A stretch of DNA of 64,000 nucleotides from Hyaloraphidium curvatum SAG 235-1 (GCA_025558095.1 JAIVFI010000002.1:62001-126000), one strand, 5' to 3'; positions 33,351-44,656 are shown, counted from the stretch's first letter. The notes: generated from the sequence alone by a model not told the origin. Program-made: numbers and translations.

Positions 33351-34937
33351 TCATCCCCTCTCCGCCAAGTCGTACTCCGCCATGTAGTACGGATGGTTTG
33401 GATCGAACCGCGTCAGCGGCACCGGCCGCTCCACCCTGCCGATGGGCACCGTCTCCCTCCCCTTCCTTCCCAGCCTGGCGTCCCCCAGCGCGTCCCTCCC
33501 CCTCTCCGCGAGCTCCTCCAGCCGCGCAACGACGTCCGGATGCCTAGCAATCACGTCCTCGTTCTCTGCCGGGTCCGCTTCCAGGTCGTACAGGGCGCGG
33601 AGCTCTTTCCGGCGCTTGGAAAAGTGCAGCTTGAAACGGCCCGAGCGGACAGCCTCGAGGTCGTCCATGAAGTAGTAAAGGAAACACTCGTGCGACGATT
33701 TGGCCCCCTCGTGGAGCCAGAGCGGGGAGATGTCGCGCCCGTCGATCGCCCGGCCCGCGGGGAGCCTCGCGCCGCAGAGCTTGGCGAGCGTAGGGAAGAG
33801 GTCCATGGCCGTCGCCAGCTCGCCCGTCGTGCGCCCCGGGCGGACCTTGCCGGGCCAGCGGATGATCGCCGGAACCCGCATGCCGCCTTCCCAGGTCTGG
33901 CCTTTGGTGCCTCGAAAGGGGCCGTTGCTACCGCCCAAGGGCTGGCCGTCACCCCCGAAGGGAGCGGGGTTGGGGCCCAAAGAGCCGTTGTCGGAAGTGA
34001 AGATGACGATCGTGTCATTCTCTAGGCCCAGGGCGCGGAGCTCGGTGAGGAGGACGGCGGTGGCCCTGGCAAGGGCTCTAAATTAGCAGCAGGCAATGGC
34101 GCGGTTGGGGGCCTGCGCGTACCAATCAATTGATTCAACGGCAGCACCGTAACGCCCGTTCTTGGTTTGCTTCATGAACCGCTCCTGCACGTAGATAGGA
34201 AGGTGCACGTACAAGTGCTGCTCACCCAACGGAGTCAACTCCTCGGTCGAAAGCACGAAGCCCCCTTCCGTGCAACCCACCGCCAGGTAAAGAAACCACG
34301 GCTTGCTCTTCTCCGCCCGCATGAACCTGATCGATTCCGCGACGTACCGCCCCGTGAGCGACGCCTGGTCCGGCTGCTGCTCGATCACCTCGTCCCCGTC
34401 CATCAGGGGCAGCGGCGGGTAGGGCGGGAGGAATGAGGGCGTGTTGGCCTGCCGGCCCATGTCGTTGGAGTAGGGCAGGCCGAAGTAGCGGTCGAAACCG
34501 TGGTTGAGGGGCATAAAGTCGGGCTGGTCACCGCAGTGCCTGCCCCCGGGGCGTCAGGCGCGCCGAATCGCGGAGCAGGCGCGGATTCGCACGCGTCCGC
34601 ACCATTTCCCGATCATGCATGTCGCGTAGCCCGCGCCGGAGAGCACCTTTGCGATCGACACCTCGGTTGGCGCGAGCCCGACGGGCATCGCGGGGAACAG
34701 AACAGGGAGGTTCTCGAAGCTCCCGAATCCGAACCGCGGCGGGTACCTCCCCGTCAGAAGCGCGCCGCGCGACGGCGAGCAGACGGGGGACGCGGCGTAA
34801 AACGCGTCCATGCGCAGGCCTTCGGCTGCGAGCCGGTCCAGCGTCGGGGTCGCGTTGAGCCGCGAGCCGTAGCAGCCGAGGTCGCCCCATCCGAGGTCAT
34901 CGCAGTTGATGAGGAGCACGTTGGGCGGGCGGGACAT
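33351..34937 (-). CDS. Cys-type (formylglycine-dependent) sulfatase, no signal peptide
   Basis: PNVLLINCDDLGWGD, CSPSRGALLTGR, GKWHCGDQ after splicing, FTSDNG, KGQTWEGGMRVP; three introns. Confidence 0.93.
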
Positions 34938-35075
34938 TCTGCCGAGGATCCCCGAATACAGCGGCGCCGTTGGGACGATGGCGTGCTCGACGCGCGTTCA
35001 GTGTCTCCCCAAGACCCTTATGACACCCTGACTCCAGTTGTTCACAGCACTCATCTCGATCGGCTTTACTGCGGG

Positions 35076-36344
35076 CTACGACCTGGAGTACAACCACGAT
35101 CCGACAATGTCTGCCACCTCCTCCGGCCTTTCGAGAGCAATCCAGCTCCCCGCCCCCTGGAGCACCACCTCGGCCAGGTCCGGGCATAGCTGCCGCATGC
35201 GCACGCGCTGCGCCTCAGCAGAGAGGGGCTGGAACTCGGCACCGACGAACAGCACGGGGACGTGAATCTCCCTCGGCACGTCCTTGAAGTTCTCGACGGT
35301 CCCGGATTCCAAGCGGTACCACTGGATGGGACCGCCGATCCCGCCTATCGACCGGATGTGGGCCACCAGCGCCTCGGTTTCCGCGTCCGAAAGCAGCGGC
35401 GACGCCGTGCCGAACCCGGCGCTGAGGGCCGCCATCGCGTCCTCGCGCCCCGCCGTGATTTCGGCGCTCATCCGCGCCGTCTTGGCCGCCTCCTCGGCCC
35501 CACCGGGACGGAGGAAGGCGTGCAAGAGCAGGGCGAGATTGGCGTCAATGTCCCGCACGGCCCGGTCGGTTTGCATGTACAGGCGGTGGGCCATGGCCGG
35601 GTTGGCGCGCATTGCGAAAAGGGCGTCTGGTACGTACACCTGCGCCGGGGGGATGTAGGGCGTAGAGAGGAAAACGGCGTGCGAGACGAGGCTGGGAAAA
35701 AGCAGGCACAGGGAGAATAGAGCATGGCATCCGCCGTTGTATCCCATGGCGACGACGCTCTGCAGGCCCAGCTGGCCCAACAGGCCTGCCAGGTCCTCCG
35801 CGATGGAGCGCAGGCTGTAGAACGCCACGCGCTCGGCGACCTCTGCCTGCTTCGGCTGCGGATCGCCGGCGTTGTAGCCCCGGAGCGAGGGGATGATGAG
35901 GCGGAAGCCCCTCGTGAGGAGCAGCGGCAACAGTCTGCGGAAGCCCAGCGGGCCCTCGGGGAACGAGCCCAGGAGCAGCAGCGTGGCGACCGGTCGCGGA
36001 GGAACCGCGTCCACGTAGTCGAAGGAATATCCGCGAACGCGGCACCGCCTCGGCGGCGGCCAGAAGAAGGGCAGCGACGGCGCGTGGCCCGCACCGCCGC
36101 CGTCGGCCCAGTCGGCGCCGTCGGGCTCGGCGAGCGTGCTGCGGCTGCACTCCGACGCCTCCGTCGCCGCCGCGAACTTGGCGCCGCCGCGGTGCGCCGC
36201 CGCGTCGAACGGGGCCGCCCCGGCGAGCGCGGAGTCGAGTCCGAGGGACGCGAACGAGAGCGACGACGCCGACGACCGCGAGAAGAACGAGTCTAGCGAC
36301 CCGACGTCCGAGTCGAGGTCGGCGCCCGCGTCCTCCCACGACAT
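35076..36344 (-). CDS. Epoxide-hydrolase-fold alpha/beta hydrolase lacking catalytic residues, paralogue 2
   Basis: Collinear with 23478-24785; LGSFPE instead of HGFPE, GYNGG instead of GHDWG, GAGSW instead of GHW. Confidence 0.82.
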   Translation of the reverse strand: MSWEDAGADLDSDVGSLDSFFSRSSASSLSFASLGLDSALAGAAPFDAAAHRGGAKFAAATEASECSRSTLAEPDGADWADGGGAGHAPSLPFFWPPPRRCRVRGYSFDYVDAVPPRPVATLLLLGSFPEGPLGFRRLLPLLLTRGFRLIIPSLRGYNAGDPQPKQAEVAERVAFYSLRSIAEDLAGLLGQLGLQSVVAMGYNGGCHALFSLCLLFPSLVSHAVFLSTPYIPPAQVYVPDALFAMRANPAMAHRLYMQTDRAVRDIDANLALLLHAFLRPGGAEEAAKTARMSAEITAGREDAMAALSAGFGTASPLLSDAETEALVAHIRSIGGIGGPIQWYRLESGTVENFKDVPREIHVPVLFVGAEFQPLSAEAQRVRMRQLCPDLAEVVLQGAGSWIALERPEEVADIVGSWLYSRS

Positions 36345-36713
36345 CGTGCCGGCGTGGTGCTGGGCAGGTGTTGGTTTCGTTCAGGCACGGAGGAAAGTTC
36401 CCTGCCGGTCGGTCGGGGTCTGGGCCGGTCCCCTAAAGCGCGATGCCGCTTGAAGGAACCGAGGGATCTTCCACATGAGGACGTCACTGATGCTCATTGC
36501 ACCGGCGCGAGGCACACACAGAAATCAGCAGAGGGCAGGTGGAGAAGGGACGGAAGCTGAAAGAAGCGGAGAAAGTCGACCAGAAGCCTCGGGAATACAG
36601 AGCTCCTGCAGCAAGACAGTCTATGCAACGAGGTATGCTGGTGTCTACAGAGTGCGCTGATCAAGTTCTGATCCACGTTGTGCGGTATAGAAGGAGTGCA
36701 TAAGCCTTCGGCC

Positions 36714-39700
36714 TCAGGGGTCGACGATGATGTTGCGGTCCACGTAGTTCCTTCGACCACACATGTCGGTCGCCGCGAACCGGATTTGAATATAATAGTA
36801 CTGTGAACCGTCGAGGGGATGTGGCGGGATCGTAAGCCGCCCCGATGCCAGCCCCGGGTCCCCCGGCAGAGCTGGGATCTGGCTGAGGAAATGGGTGTGG
36901 CAGAGCGGCCCCTGGCAGTGGATGAGGTTGGTGAACCACTCGAAGCTGCGGGCCGCGATGGCCTGCCCGCGGAAGTCGGTCGCCGAGCCGCGGAAGGAGA
37001 TGACGGTCCCCGGGCGTGCGCGCCGCGGGGTGCCCGACCCCGAGACGACCGAGATCGTGGCCGTGAGGTTGGGCAGGTACGGCGCGTCTGGTCCGCAGAG
37101 CAGTCGTATGTCGCCCCAGTCCAGGCGGTCGTCGACAATGTTTCCGGCGGAGTAGGTCCCTCCGAAGGGCCGGGTGGCAATCAGTCGAATCCCCTGGTAC
37201 CGGTGCAGGTTTGTCACGCGGAACCGCAGGGGATCCCTCCCCCCAGCGAGGAACCTCCCGCCCATCATCGTGGTGCTGTTCCCCAGCCCGACCCGGTTCA
37301 GGGTCTGCACGGCAAACTCCCCGACGCCCCTCCCGCCGCTCTCGTCGTCCACTCCCACGTTGGCCTCGAGCGCGAAGCAACGGTAAAAGTAGCTGACGGT
37401 GATCTCGCTGTTTGCCCGGACGCCCAGCCCGAAGCTGAACCGGTTGCCGTTGATCGTCATCTGCCGTCCGTCGTTGGCCGCCGTGCCGCCGACGGACGAG
37501 TCGATCTCGACCGGCCCGGCGCCGGGGCCGTTCAGGCGGTACGAGATGCCGGGGATCTGGTTGGGCCGCATGATCGTCGACCAGCTGGCGGGGAGGGCAT
37601 TGACGCGGGGGCCCGGGTAGCAGAAGGACCGTGGGGGCGTCGGGGGGCGGCCGCCGAGCTGCGAGGTGGCGAGGAAGCACCAGCGGTAGGCGGCGAGGGT
37701 GCTGTTGTAGGTGGCAAATGTGCAGGCGACGGTGCGGATGGCGACGGGGGCGTTGAGGACCGCGGAGATGCAGGCCTGGCGGTCGGCGGGGACGAGGCAC
37801 TGCGTGGTGCTGCCCGGCGCTGGCATGCACATTGGCTGAAGAGGTCACCTCAAATGGTCAGCAAGTATCATGGGGAAGGCATCAGAGGCCAAACTCACCA
37901 CCGATCCGACGTCCAGCTTGACCGGCGTGGGCGTGTTGGGCAGGCACTGCCACCGGTTTCCCAAGGCAAGGAAGGCGTTGCGGCACGGGTGCCCGTTGGT
38001 CGAGTACATAGTCACCGTGCACTGCAGCGGCACCGCCGCTCCGTTGCGGGTGCCGACCAGCTGGTTGCACTGCTCGGCGGTCGTGGTCGAGTTGATGCAG
38101 CTGCTGCCGTCAAGCGACATGCAGAAGACCTGGAGGAGACGTTTGTCAGGCACGGCTGCCGACGCCAAGTGATAGTGCGGCTCACGTTTCCGTTGCGCAC
38201 GAAGATGGGAGTGGAGACGCCGCTGCCGTCGGGCAGGCACCTCCATTGGAGGGCCACGGGCGACGAAGGTCCGTCGAGCCAGCTCCAAGCGACACCGCAG
38301 ATGTCCGTGGGCGACGAGTTCAAGTCGGCAGAGCACTGAAAGATCGCGGTCAGCTTCGGATGCGGAATCGGGCTTCAACTACTGCTGTGCCCACCCTCTT
38401 CTCTGACGCCCCGGCGGGCCGGGCCGACGCTAGCGCCATGCAGCCCGCCGCCGACCCGCCGTTGACGCAGGTCGCACCGCCGTCGGTCGACATGCACGAG
38501 GCCGATCCGCCGTCGTTGATCCGCACGGGGCTGTTGTACCCGTCGCGACCGACGCAGGACCACGTCTGCTGGATGAAGGAGCGGCCTGCGCTGCACCACG
38601 TGTTTGGTCCGTAGCCTGGCGCAGAGAGCAGTGAGCGGCGGCAGCCTCCTGCCCGAACTTTCGCACGAGCATACCCGTGTTCTGGTACTTGGCCATGTGC
38701 TGCGGCCCGCACCCAAAGCTCGTCACCGTCGCGGGTGGGTTGTTGGCCAGCTGCACGCATGCCGCCGCGTCGGCGGCCCAGAGGCAGTCGGTCGGGCTCA
38801 CGGTCGAGGCCATGCACGCCGTGTTGCCGGCAATCATCCGCATGGGGGTGGTGAAGTTGGGCGCGCAGAACCACCCTATGGCGCCGTTGATGGCGGGGCC
38901 GGGAGGAGGAGGCGGGGGTGGCGCGGGCGAGGGCGGCGGGGGCGGGGGCGGGGCAGGGCTCGGGGGCGGTGGGGGAGGAGCCGGCGGGGCTGGTGGTGTG
39001 TAGCCGGTGTAGGTGATGAGGCGAAGCACGCCGTAGTTGCCGCACGAGGTGCAGTGCCCGAGGTACCAGATCCGGCCGTCATATGGGTTGAGCTTGATGG
39101 CCACCGGATCGTCCATGCCGCGGGAAAACACCTCGGTGCTCCCGTACTGCCCGTTGTTCCAGTTCATCCGGAAGAAGATGGACTTGGCAAAGTCGGCGAA
39201 CAAGTAGCTGCCCCCCAAGGGGGCCGGGTAGCTTCGCGGGAAGAAGGTGCCGCCGATCGCCGCCGACGAGACGCCGTCGTGCGACCAGGTGTAGGCGGCG
39301 ACCTTGGATATGTCCGCGTACGGGTACCCCGAGTTGCCCGTGTAAAACGACTGGCAGGCCGGAAAGTCCCTGTTGGGCGCGGTCGCCATTTGGTTTCCCT
39401 CGTAGCAGGGCCACCCCCCGTTGCTCCCCCTCGTGGCGATGGCTACCCATTCCCACAGGTACCAACCCACATTGCCGCAGATAATGGTACCATCCCGCTC
39501 GGGCGTGAAGGAGCACTTGAACGGGTTGCGCAGGCCGACGCTGAACACCCTTGAGCGGGACGAGTCCGCGTTGCCATCCCACCACGGGTTGGAGGGCAGA
39601 CCCAATCCCGTCTCGGGATCGATGCGGAGGATCTTGCCGCCCAGGAAGTTGGGATCCATGGCCAGTGCCCACGTAGTGGGTATCTGACTGCCGTATTTGG

Positions 39701-40394
39701 TCCAATCGCCTCCCTCCTGGGTCTGGCCCTCGCCGACGGCGGCGTAGAGCATGCCGTCGCTTCCAAAGTCCAACCAACCAATCGAGTGGGTGGTGCCCAG
39801 CATGGGGCTGCAGTCGCCGCCGTACCACCCGCCCTGCATGTTGTTGCACTTTCCTATCAGGATGCGCTGCGAACCGGCGTCGGCGTAGTCGCCGAAGACG
39901 GTGAAGCGCGACAGGCGATTCTGCTTGGGACCCTCGATGTCTGCCGGGTTCGCGTCGAACACCAGGCTGAGGTAGATGTAGGGCGTGGCTGGGAAGTTCG
40001 GGTGCTTGACGATGCCCATGAGGCCGCGGTCGCCGTAGGCGGAGCCGACGGCCGACCGCAGGTCCAGCAGCACGTTGGAGAAGAACCATCCACCGTTGCC
40101 GTTGGACTTGTACAGGTTGACCATGCCGTTCTTCTGGAGAACGGCGACGCGGTCCCGGTCGAGGAACTCAAAGTCCGTGACGATGCCGAGGTTGGACATG
40201 ACGTCCTGGGTCCAGACGCCGGCGGGAAGGCCGAACGGCACCGCTGCCGCGGTGCGGGCGAGGAGGAGGAAGCAGGCGGCCGCCAGCGCCGCGAGCCATG
40301 TCCGGGAAACTCCCTGCCGCCGGGGGCCCTCCACGCCCTCTCGTCGGAGATGCCGCCGCTCTGATCCCCCGGAAAGCCCATCGCCATAATGCAT
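36714..40394 (-). CDS. Secreted glucose/sorbosone (PQQ-type beta-propeller) dehydrogenase-like protein with Pro linker, four Cys-rich modules and NPCBM domain
   Basis: DRGLMGIVKHPNF, THSIG.LDFGSDGMLY, GKILRIDP, GLRNPF, NGGWPCYEG; NPCBM GQMTING..F..GLGV.ANSEI..VGVDD..DWGD; IHCQGPLCHTH; at least three introns. Confidence 0.85.
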
Positions 40395-40848
40395 GGACGT
40401 CTGCGGCGCCAGATCCGTGCCGTACGACGTCTCCGGAGTCCTGTGCCGGGTGCAGTGCTGTGAGATGCCGTTTAGGGACGCCGCTCCGCCGCCGACTCCG
40501 CCACGCGCGAAATCAGCACCCACCATCTGGAGGGGGCCCGCCGATTCCGGGCCAAAGCAGCATCCCGGTGACTGTTGACATCTTGGGTGCACAAAGAACA
40601 CTTCCTGGCCATTGCTTGTCTGTCCTGGACATCGAGCGAACCTCATGCGTTTCGATGGTCCCATCCATCGGCAACAACCTCAACCCCCTCAACCGACCCG
40701 CAATAGATTCTGCTCCCGAAATTGCACCATTCAATCCCTGCTGTGGATGGGCCTCCCACCCACAGCACCCTCAGCCCAGTTGGCCGCAAGGCCACGGGGC
40801 TCGGTGTTTTCCGCTCATCCCGTTCCGCGCTTGCGGATTCCAACAACA

Positions 40849-41894
40849 ATGTCCCCCTCCACGGATCGCCTCGCCGCGCACCTCGCCCACCTCCTCCCGC
40901 CCTCCGCGGCGGAAGATGCTGCTCTCTCTCCCTCCCCCACGGCCGGCGCCGGGGGCAAACCCAAGGTCCGCCTCTCGCGCGCCGTTTGCGACGGTTTGCC
41001 AACAAACCTCCCTCGCACAGCTCTACGACTCCAAGAACGCGCCCAACCCGCGTCTTGTGAGGCTCTTCATCCACGAGAAGGGAATTGGCGGGGAACTGGA
41101 CGTCGTGAACGTCGACATCAACAAGGTGGGCGCCGGGTGTCTCCCGCGGCGAGATGGGCGGGCAGCTGACGCGCGGGCGAGGGTAGAACGAGAACAGGCA
41201 GGCTCCCTAGTGCGTATGGTTCCGCATTGCGTTCCGGAACGGCGGCTGACAGCGGGATTGGGGACGCAGCACGGACAAGAACCCCGGCGCTCAGGTTCCC
41301 GCGCTCGAGCTGCCCGACGGGACCGTGGTGGCCGAGGTCACCGTCATCTGCGAGCTGCTGCAGGACCTGTTCCCCCACATTGGCCCGAACCTGATCGGCG
41401 AAACCCCGGTGGAGCGTGCTCTGACCCGGATGTGGTGCGTTCCGCGTCGGGTCGGCCGGTCCCTCGGGAAGCTGACGCGGTTTGCGCCGACCTACAAAGG
41501 TGCCGCCGCATCGATTACAAGGTCGCGGAGAACATCTTTGTTGGCTTCCGTGCCGTCGAGGGCAACAAGTTCTTCACGCCCCGCATGAAGCTGTTCCCCG
41601 AGGCCTCGCCCTCGCTCAAAGAAATGGCGCGGATCGGCACCATGTGGTTCGACGAGCAGCTCAGGAAGAGCGGCAAGCCCTACCTCCAGGGAGACAAGAT
41701 GATGCTTTCGGACCTGTGGCTCTACACGGTGCTGCACTTTGGGCGCACGGTGAAGCAGCCCGTGAACCCCGAGGCCAAGGTGCGTCCTGGTTGGCCAGAT
41801 GTGGCCGTTGCTCAACCATTCGTCGCGGCAGGCGATAGCCGAATGGATGAAGCGGATGGACGAGCGGGCGTCGATCAAGGCGATCAAGGCCTAG
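40849..41894 (+). CDS. Glutathione S-transferase (Gtt2-like) with N-terminal PTS2
   Basis: Spliced LYDSKNAPNPRLVRLFIHEKG...KNPGAQVPALELPDG..VAE..ICE..LIGETP.ERA; five introns including a 23-nt micro-exon; leader RLAAHLAHL. Confidence 0.88.
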
Positions 41895-41999
41895 AGGTGG
41901 TCGACAAGTTTGAGCGCACGGCATGCTCTCTTATTGACGGAGCAATAGATTGTTGGACCGCCCCGTCGATCCGACACCAGTGAAATAGCTGTTCCCGAC

Positions 42000-42892
42000 C
42001 TAGCCGTCGACGTTGGGCCACGCGTACTCTTTCGCAATGTCGACCCCGGGCAGCAGCTTCCTCGCGTTCGCAAGCCACAAGTCCATGATCGCCGACAGGG
42101 AGTCGAACTCGTTTATCCTGGGGAACGGCACGTCCGGTACGGGCACGCCCAGGAAATCGCAGAGCGGACCCCATCCCGACTTCACGTCGAAGACAAGGAG
42201 CTGCGAAGGCGGCACGGAGGCCTTGACGTGGTCCTCGTAGGTTTTGAGAAACTGCAGTGCCAGTTCCTACCGCAGCTTGCCGTCAAGACGGAGAGTAACC
42301 ACAACATCGAGCACGGGATCCCACCTTTGAGAACTTGTGCGGGCCGTACGTCCGCCTCAACTCGTGGCCTAACCAGTCCAGGAACTCCGGCTCGCGGTCC
42401 GGCTTCGCCCCGTCCATGTCCAGTATGAGGCGGTAGTAATCGATGGACCACAGCGCCTTCCAGTAACTCCGCCACCACGACTCCGGGTCTCGGACGGTGA
42501 GTATGAACTTTGCGTCGGGATGGAGGCGGAGGAGCTCGTCGAACGCTGCGGAGGTTGGCGCGGACGCCTCAGCCCAATGTCGCGACGCAAGGAGGGGTCC
42601 CCGCACCGTAAGGCATGTCCACGCAGGCATCGAAGCAGTTGCGCTCGTCAAAGTAACCCTGGAGATCCACGTTGTCGGCCCCGTGCTTCATCATGTCGAT
42701 CCAAAGGTTTAGGCCCTTTGGATACAGCGGATCTCGGGGACTCCCGTCCATGGCCTGATCCACAGGAAGATCCACAGGAAGCAGCACGAATCCCGGGTGA
42801 AAGCATTCGACGCCCAGGATGTTGAGGGCAAAGGTCATGGAATAGGTGCCCGTCCGGTGCTGGCCCGCCCCGATGACCTTCAGCGGCCGCAT
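42000..42892 (-). CDS. Sulfotransferase-like P-loop protein (Sulfotransfer_4 type)
   Basis: LKVIGAGQHRTGT, DACVDMP, PDAKFILTVRDPESWWRS, GWGPLCDFLG..VP..PFPRIN; two introns. Confidence 0.88.
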
Positions 42893-43153
42893 TCCTGTGC
42901 CTTGAGGAGCCTCACGTTTGGAGAACAGCGTCCGAAACGGTCCTCGGCGGTGTGCTGCGTGGCACAACTACTGGCGTGTGTCTTCCGCGGAAGCTTCGAT
43001 CATTTGCGCGTCACCGCGTCCGCTCGCGATCTGTCCCCCAACGCGTACCGCGGACCTTGCTTGACAAAGGAGGGACTACGCGCCGTCCCCGCTCGTTTCC
43101 TTTAAAGCGGCGGAATCCAATCGGATCTGGAGCTCAGGCACCGTCTTGTTTCA

Positions 43154-44656
43154 ATGACTCAGACACGCGCACAGCTCGCCTTCGACGCCGCCGAATGGGC
43201 GGCCCTGTTTCCCGCGCCGGCGATGCCGCCGGGCCCGTTTGAGCAGGCCCCGCCGCCGCCCGCGCCGCCCGCCGAGAAGTTGCCCCGCGAGGAACTGCTC
43301 CGCACCCTCGGCGGCTCGCTGCTCGGAAGGATGACGGCGCTGCAGTTCGCCGTGGGGCCCCTCGCGAGGAGGGTCAAGGGGCGCGTCCTGGTGGGCCTCG
43401 TCCCTGGATACCTGAACCTCGCCGCCTGCGGGTGGGCCGCGGCGAATGCCCCCCCGGCGTACGGGTTCACCCCGCTTTCCGTCGGCATCGGCGTCGCCTG
43501 CGTGTTTTTCGCGATGGGCGTCGTGGTGGTCGGGTCCTTGACGGGCGCCTGGAAGACGAACCTTTCCGGCCCGCCAAACACGGGCCTGCTCGCGGTTGCG
43601 GGCATCGTCAGGTGGATGCATCTGGCCGGCACCGCGGACGGGTCGGACGGGTCGGAGGGCGGCGGTTCCGCGCAGCCGGCACGGTCGCCGCTCGTGGCGC
43701 ACGATCCCGCCGATCCCTGGTGCCCGTGCGCGGAGGCAGGCTGCGCCGGCGGCCTTCTCCGGCGCGCCGGGCTGCTCAGGTTTCTGGAGGTGTTTGCGCG
43801 GGCCGTCGTCATTGCGTTCGGCTACGCGTTCCTGCCGTATTGGACGCTGTTCGTGACCCTCGGAAGCCAGTCGTGGACGGCGTGGTACGGGCCTCTCTGT
43901 TTCGTCGGCGGCATCTTCATGGGCGTGCTCGTGAACGGCGTCAACCACGCCGCCCGCTTCCAGACAAACGTCGCGCTGGCGGAGCTTTCCCGCCGCCTGC
44001 GCTGCCGCGCCGTGCGCCTGGCCCTCTCGGACCTCGTGGAGCGGTGCGAGAACCTCCTGGAGCGCGCGGATCGCGGGGAACCGGGCACGATTCCCAAGGG
44101 ACGCTCTCCTCCCGAAACGTACCAGCAGCTCCACGGCGGCCTCGTGTCCAGCTGGACCCGCGGGCTGGCCATCATCAACACGGGCGCCGTCCACATCGCC
44201 GCTGTTCTGACCGGCTTCATCCCCTCCATCGTCGTCTCGGCGGCGGTGGGACGCTGCATTCCCTTCTACATGATCTACGACGTGCTCATCGCCCTCGGCG
44301 TGCTCGTCCTGACCGATCTGGTGAACGTCGCCGCGGGCAACGCCGAGGTCACCGCCTGCACGGGGCTGTACTCGCGCGCGCGCACCGCGCTCGCGGTGCT
44401 CCTGGCGCGGTACCCCCACGCGGACGGGCCCGCTGCAGCCGTCGCGCGCAGGCACGCGGAGGTGCTCTCGCGGTATGCCGATCCCGCCGGGGTGAGGGCG
44501 AGGTTCCTGGGGTTCGTGGTGGATGCCGCCGTGGTCAGGAACCTGGTGGTCACGGTGCTCACCGTGTCGTTTGCCCTGTTCGGTCTCGTGAGGTCGTTTG
44601 GCGTCTCATTGACCATGGATACCATGTGCCGGCTCGGGAGTGAGAGCGCTGGTTGA
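43154..44656 (+). CDS. Seven-TM membrane protein, candidate gustatory-receptor-like (7TMIC/DUF3537-like)
   Basis: Intronless 500-aa ORF; seven hydrophobic segments; C-terminal RFLGFVVD + TM. Confidence 0.6.
   Translation: MTQTRAQLAFDAAEWAALFPAPAMPPGPFEQAPPPPAPPAEKLPREELLRTLGGSLLGRMTALQFAVGPLARRVKGRVLVGLVPGYLNLAACGWAAANAPPAYGFTPLSVGIGVACVFFAMGVVVVGSLTGAWKTNLSGPPNTGLLAVAGIVRWMHLAGTADGSDGSEGGGSAQPARSPLVAHDPADPWCPCAEAGCAGGLLRRAGLLRFLEVFARAVVIAFGYAFLPYWTLFVTLGSQSWTAWYGPLCFVGGIFMGVLVNGVNHAARFQTNVALAELSRRLRCRAVRLALSDLVERCENLLERADRGEPGTIPKGRSPPETYQQLHGGLVSSWTRGLAIINTGAVHIAAVLTGFIPSIVVSAAVGRCIPFYMIYDVLIALGVLVLTDLVNVAAGNAEVTACTGLYSRARTALAVLLARYPHADGPAAAVARRHAEVLSRYADPAGVRARFLGFVVDAAVVRNLVVTVLTVSFALFGLVRSFGVSLTMDTMCRLGSESAG

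Noticed and set aside
36345-36713. Possible box C/D snoRNA motifs in intergenic DNA (also 49030-49130)
   Set aside because: Only partial C/D boxes, with no terminal stem or recognisable rRNA guide.
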